Shown: in pieces, positions 37,510 to 45,041 of the stretch
Position numbering within the stretch: position 1 is the stretch's first letter
Layout of the letters: the number at the start of each line of letters is the position of its first letter
Origin: a virus
Lineage: Duplodnaviria; Caudoviricetes
IMG/VR virus record: IMGVR_UViG_3300048849_000167
Location: 1 to 49,354 of that record
Direction: 5' to 3' (one strand)
DNA length: 49,354 nucleotides
Made by a program: the position numbers and the translations under genes
The notes under the pieces: model-generated
What the model was told of the DNA's origin: nothing
The model's input: the letters and a program-made list of their open reading frames with translations, nothing else
Databases searched by the model: none

Positions 37510-38340
37510 TTAGGCCTCCAGGTCATACCTGTGTGAGTTAAACCGCTCGGCGACGACCCTACCGCCATCTTCGCCTTGAACATAGATCTCAAGGAAGACC
37601 TTCGAGCTAACCCATCCGCCGCCGTCCATTGCGCTCTTCGTGTCGATGCCAAGGGCGACCGTGTTCTTCGCGTATGCCCTTCGTCCGACGTAATGGCTTG
37701 GAAGGTAGCGGATTCCTGCACGCCGGCAGACAGCCTTCAGGCGCTCGTTAACGCTGTGCCGGCACCTGTATTTGAAAGGCCCTTCCTCGTGGTTGTTGCG
37801 CAGCTCGTAAAGCTTGGCGATAAGGTCGTCGGTCAGGTGCCGGACAGAGTTCTTACCCGTCTTCGTCTTCCGCAGAATCACCTTCCGGTTTACGAGGTCG
37901 ATGTCGTCCCATCGAACGTTGACTGCCTCGCTGATCCGGGCCGCCGTTCGGTTCATGAAAAGGACCAGGGCAGCCAGGTGGGGCAGCCTGTCGATCTTGC
38001 ACTGGCGGAGGAATAGGATCATCCATTCCAACGTCGCCGCCGGCCGTCGCTTCGGCTTTTCCTCCTTGAACCGCTTCAGCCGTATCAGGCTGCACCAGCC
38101 TCTGTCATATGCGTGGTTGATCACGGCGCTCACCGGCATCAGGGCTTGCCGATTCTTCGTCGCATTGCTCTGATGGGGATAAAGGGCGTTCGCCATCTGC
38201 TGAAGGTCGAAGGGGTAGATGCTGGACAGTGGACGGTCGCCGATCAATTCGGTAATTCTGGGAAGGAATTTCGCTTCGCCGCCATGATCGATGTAGCTGG
38301 CCGCGGCCTGCGCAAAGACCTTTTCCTCACCTATCAGCAT
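37510..38340 (-). CDS. tyrosine recombinase (short, no arm-binding domain)
   Basis: TAARISEA (R), KTKTG (K), HYVGR, GGW, EIY. Confidence 0.85.
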   Translation of the reverse strand: MLIGEEKVFAQAAASYIDHGGEAKFLPRITELIGDRPLSSIYPFDLQQMANALYPHQSNATKNRQALMPVSAVINHAYDRGWCSLIRLKRFKEEKPKRRPAATLEWMILFLRQCKIDRLPHLAALVLFMNRTAARISEAVNVRWDDIDLVNRKVILRKTKTGKNSVRHLTDDLIAKLYELRNNHEEGPFKYRCRHSVNERLKAVCRRAGIRYLPSHYVGRRAYAKNTVALGIDTKSAMDGGGWVSSKVFLEIYVQGEDGGRVVAERFNSHRYDLEA

Positions 38341-38354
38341 TTAACCCTCCGTAA

Positions 38355-38412
38355 ATCGTATATACGATATACAAGTGCAATCACGCTGAAGGCGCAATAT
38401 CGTATGTACGAA
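38355..38412. promoter_or_regulatory. paired palindromic operators
   Basis: ATCGTATATACGAT (38355-38368) and ATCGTATGTACGAA (38399-38412) between divergent genes. Confidence 0.6.
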
Positions 38413-38422
38413 ATGATGGGAC

Positions 38423-38629
38423 ATGGTTAAAGACAAGGCCGGCTCAGGGGTAGGCAGAAAAAAAGAGTATCCGGTTCGACTGACGCTGCCCCTAAGCGCG
38501 GAGATGTTCGCCGGCCTTGATCGAATGGTCCAGGCAGACGAGACCAGGCTTGACCTAATCAGAGCGGCAATCGAAATAGAACTCGCTCGTCGACAAGGCA
38601 TGCCGCCTAGGCCGGCGAAGAAGGGCTAG
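38423..38629 (+). CDS. ribbon-helix-helix regulator
   Basis: GRKKEYPVRLTLPL..LD...TRLDLIRAAIEIELARR. Confidence 0.78.
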   Translation: MVKDKAGSGVGRKKEYPVRLTLPLSAEMFAGLDRMVQADETRLDLIRAAIEIELARRQGMPPRPAKKG

Positions 38630-38886
38630 CTTCCACGTTCCGATCCTCGGGATCATTGTTGTTTGCTGGCGGGTCAAAATCAAACAGCGGCTAGCTCGAA
38701 AGTTCGCGCGCGACCGCTGCAAGTGCAGCGAGTTGTTGAGCTATTTCAGCAAGCGCTACTTTTGGATCCTCGATCTGATTCATGCCGCTCCTCACAAGCT
38801 TGTCGGGCAGATAGGACACGCCTCGTCTTCGGCGAGGCTTGGCCGCACTAGGGATAGTTCCGAGAGAGGTAAAGGCGATTCCACCC

Positions 38887-39132
38887 TCAATGCCTAACCG
38901 GCGGCGGATAGCACCTCCCAATGGAGATGAGATACTCAGTAATCTCTTTCAACAGATGGCCGCGCTCGCCGTATTTAGTTGCGATGCGGCTGAGCTCCGG
39001 CGCGATCTCTCCGTATCGCTCCTCCGGCAGGTCCGCGTCGCCGAAAACGTACCCGACACCAACCACAGCTGTGATCTCGCATCCAACATCGACGAGCTCC
39101 TGCACGAACTCAGGAATCTGGTCTTTCGTCAT
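38887..39132 (-). CDS. hypothetical protein
   Basis: AAGGAGG RBS, 81 aa. Confidence 0.65.
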   Translation of the reverse strand: MTKDQIPEFVQELVDVGCEITAVVGVGYVFGDADLPEERYGEIAPELSRIATKYGERGHLLKEITEYLISIGRCYPPPVRH

Positions 39133-39198
39133 TGCGTCCTCCTTTTTCATGGAAAGTAAGACAGAAGGCCGGCTGGCAGCAATGTGCAGATCTGCAGG

Positions 39199-39387
39199 CT
39201 ATTTCAGCCTCCGCAACCGATTGTCGGGCAGCAGATCGATCACCTTCTCCTCCGCCAGCTTGAAGAGCACATTGACCACGGCGTGCTGATCATACCCAGC
39301 CAAAACCAACGGGCCGAATTCAAACAGGCTCGCCTCCGTAGGCAACTCGCCCAGTCGGTCCAATACAGCCGCCCGCACATCATCCAT
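39199..39387 (-). CDS. small winged-helix-like hypothetical protein
   Basis: overlaps upstream gene; LAEEKVIDLLPDNRLR. Confidence 0.55.
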   Translation of the reverse strand: MDDVRAAVLDRLGELPTEASLFEFGPLVLAGYDQHAVVNVLFKLAEEKVIDLLPDNRLRRLK

Positions 39388-39586
39388 GTCGCGAACGCCA
39401 TCCCCGGGTGTAACCTCTGCTCAATGCCGCGTCGGCCAGCGCCAGTTCGCGGTGCAGTCGACGCCGGTCCTCGATCAGAGCAGCAATGGCGGCTTTCGGG
39501 TCGTCGTCGTGGAAGGCAAGTTCGGCTTCGACAGCCCAGGCAAGATCACTAAGCTGCGGTGGGACGGTGGACTGCTGCTGCGGCAT
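39380..39586 (-). CDS. small hypothetical protein with upstream SOS box
   Basis: LAFHDDDPKAAI..L..ADAALSRGYTRGW; LexA-type box upstream. Confidence 0.7.
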   Translation of the reverse strand: MPQQQSTVPPQLSDLAWAVEAELAFHDDDPKAAIAALIEDRRRLHRELALADAALSRGYTRGWRSRHG

Positions 39587-39607
39587 GGCGGATACCCCTG
39601 AACGTTT

Positions 39608-39622
39608 GTTCTATCTTTGTTC
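39608..39622. promoter_or_regulatory. alphaproteobacterial LexA (SOS) box
   Basis: GTTC-TATCTTT-GTTC, exact GTTC-N7-GTTC. Confidence 0.75.
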
Positions 39623-39647
39623 AGGGTGCGTGGGGAGTCAAGCCGCG

Positions 39648-39881
39648 TCAGTCATCGGGATGCTCGCGCATCCACTTATCATAGGGATCTTCTTTCTGAT
39701 TCGTCACCAGCCCACTGATCTCGTCAAGTTTGGCGTCGATTGCCTTCTTGTCCCACTTGCGCGTCCCAGGGATAGCTGTCGGCATTTTGTGGCTGGCGAC
39801 CCACATCGAGAAGCAGGTTGGCGTAATCCCGCAATAAGCGGCAGCTCCTTTCCGACCGATGAGGCGAGGGGCGTCTGTCAT
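39648..39881 (-). CDS. excisionase-like HTH protein
   Basis: RLIGRKGAAAYCGI..F..WV...RKWDKKAID. Confidence 0.75.
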   Translation of the reverse strand: MTDAPRLIGRKGAAAYCGITPTCFSMWVASHKMPTAIPGTRKWDKKAIDAKLDEISGLVTNQKEDPYDKWMREHPDD

Positions 39882-40183
39882 GGATCACCCCACTTGGTTT
39901 TAGTCCGGCTCCGCCTGCTCTTGGTCCACTGGCCCAACCGCTCTTCGCCATCCGGACCTGCGGCATGAATCGGCTGGGCCAGACCCAGGTAGCAATCGTA
40001 ATAACGCCGGATTAGCGGAACCGGCCGCCCGCCGTGCAGATGGTCGTACTTAGGGAACCCCCGAGCTTCGATGACGGGCAGGACATTGCGCTTCCACTCG
40101 GAGGCTCGGGCTTTCCCGACAATCGCTATCGCGATCTCGAGGTCTGTCGCGAAGAGAGGAAGTTTGGAGAGGGCGTCGTTCAT
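39878..40183 (-). CDS. excisionase-like/DNA-binding phage protein
   Basis: LPLFATDLEIA..GFPK.D.LHGGRPVP; ATGA-coupled. Confidence 0.6.
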   Translation of the reverse strand: MNDALSKLPLFATDLEIAIAIVGKARASEWKRNVLPVIEARGFPKYDHLHGGRPVPLIRRYYDCYLGLAQPIHAAGPDGEERLGQWTKSRRSRTKTKWGDP

Positions 40184-40650
40184 GGTGCCGCCCTTCTTTC
40201 CCAGTCCATCATCTTACGCAGCTCTTCGTTCCCGTAGTTGGAAAGTTTATACCGCCTGCGACCGCGACCATCCTCGCCAAGATGCTCAATAACCTTTTTC
40301 TCGGCCAGCAATTCTAATGTATGATCGCCGGCCCCCCTGATATCGGTTGACGTGTCGCACTCCGGATGATCGCTCATGTACCGCAGAACCTTCAGGTACC
40401 TGTCTTCCAGTCTCGTGGGTCTATCCATTTTTGCTAAGAGTATGTCCGCAAGTTTTGTTCGTTCCGGTTGGTCTTCCTTGAAGCTGTCAATCCATTTGTC
40501 AACGTCGCGGACGTCGTACCGCTGCATCCTCACTCCATGCCCAAGAGAGATGGGCCGAACTGGGCATGTGCCACCGAATGTCGCAACAGAGAGGCCGCAA
40601 TATTGGGCGGCTTGAGTCTTCGTCAGCAGTCTCGCAGTCGGCAGCGTCAT
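40180..40650 (-). CDS. excisionase-like HTH fused to winged-helix-like domain
   Basis: RLLTKTQAAQYCGLS..RYDVRDVDKWID; C-terminal YKLSNYG. Confidence 0.68.
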   Translation of the reverse strand: MTLPTARLLTKTQAAQYCGLSVATFGGTCPVRPISLGHGVRMQRYDVRDVDKWIDSFKEDQPERTKLADILLAKMDRPTRLEDRYLKVLRYMSDHPECDTSTDIRGAGDHTLELLAEKKVIEHLGEDGRGRRRYKLSNYGNEELRKMMDWERRAAP

Positions 40651-41759
40651 TTCCTGCCCCACTTCACATGAGTGCTCACTGCCGTCAGAGGGTCGTCCCA
40701 CCAGTGCAAGTCGCGCCAAGCCTGCGGGACCGGAAGAGTGTTGATGGCCTCAATCAGTGGCGGTCTTGGGACCTGCGTGTACCTCCGACTCATATCGTCC
40801 ACCGCATGGCCGAGGATCTGGTCTTTTATGTGCGAATGCACGCCGTTGATCACCAGCTGTGTCGAGACCGTGTGGCGTGCTGTGTACGGGCTGATTTTGG
40901 ATATTTCATTATTTGCATCAGCCATTCGCTTTCGTGTCCCGCGAAGCGCGCCATGTAGCTGGCCGCCCCTTGTTTCATGAATGTGGTATGGCAGGCCTCG
41001 GTAACTTCGGATGAGCTGGCGGAATCGATCGCTTCTTCTTTTCTTCAGAGAAGCAAAAAGGGGCACCAGAAATTCATGGATTGGTACGCCTCGAGGTTCA
41101 CCGCTTTTGGTGTGGCGCAGCGTAATCCAGCGGTTTTCTACGTCGACATCATCGGGCTCCAGGGTGAAGAGCTCAATGGGACGCATGCCCGTGTAAAATA
41201 GCGCCGTCATAACCATAGCGGGCGCGGGTGACATATTACTCACGAATCCGGCCGCGAGCTCATATTCAACTGGCCTATCCCCGCTTCGGATCGATAGCTT
41301 CCGAGCGGTCGTGCCTTTCAGCTTTCGAGGACGTTTCCATCTCCGGAGTTCTGCCCAGTCATTGTCGACGGCGCAGTTCCAAACCGCAATGAAAGGTGTG
41401 TAGCATTGCCGGTTGCGTGTTTCGAGAGCGGCGGTCGGATGTAGCAACTTTGCTATTGAATCAATGTCGCTTTGATTTATCGAACGAAGAGGACGATGGC
41501 CTAACAGATTGGTCAATCTGGATAGGAAACGCGTGGACCCGCCGCCATTGAGGTAGGCCGTCGCGGCCTCCTCGAAGGTAGCATTTATCTTTTTGCCGAA
41601 GATACTTTCATCAACGAGCTCGCGTTCTCGGACGATCCTGATCGTTTCCGCAGCCTCCAGGTCGGCGATTTTGGTGCTTTCGTACACCTTGATGCCGCGA
41701 ACGGTGCCTTGTAGCCACCAGTTCGGGGAGCCGGCACGACGAACCAAAAGCAGGGGCAT
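40647..41759 (-). CDS. tyrosine recombinase/integrase
   Basis: TGMRPIE (R), TKSG (K), YTARH, LGH, RRY; GGAGG RBS. Confidence 0.9.
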   Translation of the reverse strand: MPLLLVRRAGSPNWWLQGTVRGIKVYESTKIADLEAAETIRIVRERELVDESIFGKKINATFEEAATAYLNGGGSTRFLSRLTNLLGHRPLRSINQSDIDSIAKLLHPTAALETRNRQCYTPFIAVWNCAVDNDWAELRRWKRPRKLKGTTARKLSIRSGDRPVEYELAAGFVSNMSPAPAMVMTALFYTGMRPIELFTLEPDDVDVENRWITLRHTKSGEPRGVPIHEFLVPLFASLKKRRSDRFRQLIRSYRGLPYHIHETRGGQLHGALRGTRKRMADANNEISKISPYTARHTVSTQLVINGVHSHIKDQILGHAVDDMSRRYTQVPRPPLIEAINTLPVPQAWRDLHWWDDPLTAVSTHVKWGRK

Positions 41760-41889
41760 CTGCCACCTCCTAGAAAAGAACAACTTTGCCGCCGGCACGG
41801 ATGCCGAAAGCTTACTGCTGGTCTCCTCGTGGTGTGGTGGTGTCGCTGGTAAGGCGTTGATGGAAGCTACTGCAGGCGGCCAGGTCCGG

Positions 41890-42120
41890 TCAAGCCTGTC
41901 TGTCGCGTAGGCGGACGCCTGGGCCGTTGCCGTTCTGATCGATGAAGATGACACCAGCTGCTTCTAGGGCGGCGCGGATGGCGGCGAGGGTTCGAGGCAT
42001 AATCTCTTCACCCCTCTCAAGGCGCGAGATCGTGTCGACCGCTACACCAGCCTCTTTCGCTAGCTCTCTTACACCCCAGCCGATAGCTGCGCGGGCCATC
42101 TTGCTCTGTACTGCGTTCAT
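41890..42120 (-). CDS. XRE-family HTH regulator
   Basis: QSKMARAAIGWGVRELA..V..TISRLERG..ALEAAGVIFI. Confidence 0.9.
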   Translation of the reverse strand: MNAVQSKMARAAIGWGVRELAKEAGVAVDTISRLERGEEIMPRTLAAIRAALEAAGVIFIDQNGNGPGVRLRDRQA

Positions 42121-42123
42121 CAG

Positions 42124-42181
42124 GACAATGTACCGATTTCGTATTGACGCACCGATATGATGCTGATATCAGTACATTGTC
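42124..42181. promoter_or_regulatory. inverted-repeat operator flanking a divergent promoter
   Basis: GACAATGTACCGAT / ATCAGTACATTGTC (13 of 14 match) around TTGACG. Confidence 0.6.
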
Positions 42182-42217
42182 ACGAAAACAGAACAGACGC
42201 AACGAGGAGTAACGAGC

Positions 42218-42703
42218 ATGATTAATGAAATGATACCCCGTGAGCGCGTGATGGCCCTAGAGGAGCCGGCCTGTGCAATGGCGAACAATGCCGAGCTCGC
42301 CTTGGCCTACATCACAGCCCTGCTGTTGAAACTCAGGAACGATGGCGCAATCACTACCGTAAAGGCCAACGCAGCAAGTCATGTCCTCGCAGAACTGGCA
42401 AACGCAGCCGATGAGCTTAAAGACGCCACCTACAAAGCCATGGAGCCGGTCTCTGCCGAACCGATGGCAAGCCTAGTCTCCCCCGATACCAGTCGCGACC
42501 TGGAGCGGCGGTTTTCCAATATCGAAATCGGCGTCGCTTCGATCATCCGGGTCATCGAGATCTGCAGGGACCGAGTCAACGGCCCTAGCGATGGCGTCGA
42601 CCTCACGACAGAATCGCTGCTTGAGTGCCTGTCGGCGCAGGCGCGCGAGGTCGAAAAGATGGCACAGGATGGGTATGTCGCTGTTCCGGAGTGGCGCCAA
42701 TGA
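42218..42703 (+). CDS. hypothetical helical protein
   Basis: GAGGAG RBS, 161 aa. Confidence 0.65.
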   Translation: MINEMIPRERVMALEEPACAMANNAELALAYITALLLKLRNDGAITTVKANAASHVLAELANAADELKDATYKAMEPVSAEPMASLVSPDTSRDLERRFSNIEIGVASIIRVIEICRDRVNGPSDGVDLTTESLLECLSAQAREVEKMAQDGYVAVPEWRQ

Positions 42704-42936
42704 CTCGCACACTTTCCACAGGATTCCGAGGCCTAGAAGAGGCTGGCAACGAGATTCGCGATATCGCGAAGGTTCTGGACATCCTTGCGCTCGCCGCCCG
42801 CGACGACTGGGACGATCGCCTGCCTGAGGCAGTTCGCTGCACGGCTGAGATGGTCTCGGAAAGGCTCGGAGGTCTTCGTGACCGGCTGACGCAGCTCACT
42901 GATGAATGGCAGCAGGAGCGCGTGGCCAGCAACTAA
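42700..42936 (+). CDS. hypothetical helical protein
   Basis: ATGA-coupled to upstream gene. Confidence 0.6.
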   Translation: MTRTLSTGFRGLEEAGNEIRDIAKVLDILALAARDDWDDRLPEAVRCTAEMVSERLGGLRDRLTQLTDEWQQERVASN

Positions 42937-42942
42937 AGTTTC

Positions 42943-43020
42943 GGGCACGTATCCGTTCGGGCCTTCTATCCCGACTACGGTAGCAGGATAAGGCTGGTTC
43001 GAATCCAGCCGTGCTCACCA
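42943..43020 (+). ncRNA. non-canonical tRNA-like RNA (CCA end, canonical T arm, rearranged D/anticodon region)
   Basis: GGGCACG/CGTGCTC acceptor stem + ACCA; GCTGG-TTCGAAT-CCAGC T arm; TCGGG/CCCGA arm with CCTTCTAT loop. Confidence 0.75.
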
Positions 43021-43139
43021 CCACACCGGAGGCCGGCCGCACCACTCGCGACCACACCAGCGAGGTCGGCCTCATACGGTATTGCCGCTCGATTGAACTT
43101 CGAACTGCTTAACCATATGCACAAGGACTGGTAGAATCC

Positions 43140-43164
43140 GGAACGTGTGGCGCAGCCCTGCATT
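43140..43164 (+). promoter_or_regulatory. EcfG/RpoE2-type promoter
   Basis: GGAAC-N16-CATT 30 bp upstream of the 43195 ORF. Confidence 0.55.
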
Positions 43165-43194
43165 ACATCCGCACGACCAACGCGGAGAGACAGA

Positions 43195-43461
43195 ATGACC
43201 GATCGTGGACCCACAGTTATAAACACAGGCCGAAGCAGCAACGCCGGATGGGCGGTGGCTGTTATCATCGCCGTGCTAGCTGTCGGAGCGCTGCTGATGT
43301 TTTCGGGCGTCATCAACATCAATGGTGGAGGCGGCACGGACGTTAATGTCAACGTGCCTGCCGCAGGGACAACAGCGCCTGCCACGGGTGCAGCGCCGCC
43401 AGCCGCTGCAGCACCGCCAACTGCCGCGCCTGCACCAAGCGCTCCTGCGCCTAGCAAGTAA
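43195..43461 (+). CDS. small single-TM Pro/Ala-rich protein (general-stress type)
   Basis: GPTVINTG..NAGWAVAVII TM, PAA-rich tail; GGAG RBS. Confidence 0.75.
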   Translation: MTDRGPTVINTGRSSNAGWAVAVIIAVLAVGALLMFSGVININGGGGTDVNVNVPAAGTTAPATGAAPPAAAAPPTAAPAPSAPAPSK

Positions 43462-43896
43462 GCTCGTTACGCTCAGCCGAATGAAGCCGTCCTGCCTAAC
43501 CAGCGGGGCGGTTCGTTCGTTCTGTGAGGGATTATTTTGCCTGCAAGACTCGCAGACTCTTGTCACGGCGACCGGCGACTCTAAATCTCATTCAGGCTTG
43601 GCTGTCGGTGACCACGGATGTACTGGCACACGACGAAGCTGAGCAGAGGAGGTCGGTGCAATTGAATTGCCCCGGCCTTTTTGCGTTGTGGCACGGGAAA
43701 ATTCCCTGTGGTTGACAAAAGCACTGCAGGGCAGGGCGGCGCCCTCCCACCAGCCCCGCAACGTTTAGGAGGGCTTTTTATTGACGGCGTTGATGTACCA
43801 CCGTCACCACAGACGCGTTGGCCGTCACTTTCCAAGGACTGCACTCAGGTCTGTCGACTACGATCGTTCAGCGACCGCAGCGCAGTTGACGCTTGT

Positions 43897-44918
43897 TCAG
43901 GATGAGCCGGGTGCGGAGTTACGCCGATCCCTCGCGGCCACTAGATCCGCATAAGCTTTCTTCACGATGCTCACGACCAAGTCTTTACTGAATGGCTTCG
44001 TAATGAGTCTAGCTGGCTCAGGCCTTGGCCCTTTTAGCAGGCGTTCTGGAAACGCCGTCACGAAGACGGGATAGCAATCAACAAGAGGGATGATTTTTTG
44101 AACCGCGTCCATACCTGAGCTCCCGTCGGCCAACTGGATGTCGGCGATCAGGATGTCGGGCCGAGTTCGTAAAGCCAGTTCAACAGCGTCCTTTTCAGTC
44201 CTCGCTATTCCGCAGACGACGAAACCTGCATCTTCCAGAATTTGTGAGAGATCAAGGGCAATGAGAGGTTCATCCTCGATGATCATTGCAACCGGACGCA
44301 GACATTCCAGCGCTTTTAGCGTGGATTTCAGCGCCACAATTTCTTTCTCAGCTAAGGCAAGCTTTTCTGTTATCTCACGCTTCTCATCAGTCGCGACCGC
44401 ATAAGCTGAGGCGGATACTTTTGTAGCAGGCGCTAGTGATTGAAGTCTGACTTCCAGATCAGCTTTCCACCGTTCGCGCTTCCGATCAAAGATGTGGTTT
44501 TCGGTTGCATCTAACCCCAGAGCTTCAGCAATGCTCTCTCTAACCTCCTGAAGCCCAGCGTGGTTTGTGATCTCCCACGCCTGAATCTGACCAACTGTTC
44601 GAGTGACGTCAATGAACGACACAGGAGGAACAACGATCGCGAGTGGACGCAGCGACTGGGACCAAGTGGCGCCAACCTCCATCAAGCAAAATGGCTGTCC
44701 ATGTAGGCGGGCGTCATGAGGAGTATAACTAGGTCTGCGGCGTTGATCTGCTCCTTCATATCCTTGTTGAAGTCGTGAGTGAGCGGGACGCCGAACCCAG
44801 GGAGGCTCGAGCAGAAGATTGCCTTCGGCGGCACACCAACCGCCTCCATGAGAAAGTCGACTAGCAGATCAGCGATGTTCTTGTCGGTAACTGCATGGCT
44901 AACAAATACCCGTCTCAC
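43897..44918 (-). pseudogene. TIR domain - coiled coil - PhyR-like receiver fusion, split by a 1-bp frameshift
   Basis: VFVSHA...LLMTPAYMDSHF then frame switch to (CL)MEVGATW; receiver IIEDEPLIA, ADIQLADGSSG, TAFPERLL, TKPF. Confidence 0.82.
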
Positions 44919-45041
44919 TTGCCGCCTCCAGAGCTCTTGAGTCGCTAATCAGAGGCGGGAAGCTGCGGCACCGCAAGCAATTTGTTATGTTCGATGTGAC
45001 ATCTTGCGAACGGCATCTTCAGTCGGCCATCCTGTGACCGC

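Noticed and set aside
38691-38921. 76-aa minus-strand ORF
   Set aside because: Overlaps a better gene and has a weak start; may be a remnant but is unsupported.
41760-41954. N-terminal extension of the 435-aa recombinase ORF
   Set aside because: Overlaps the XRE gene; a strong GGAGG RBS supports the start at 41759.
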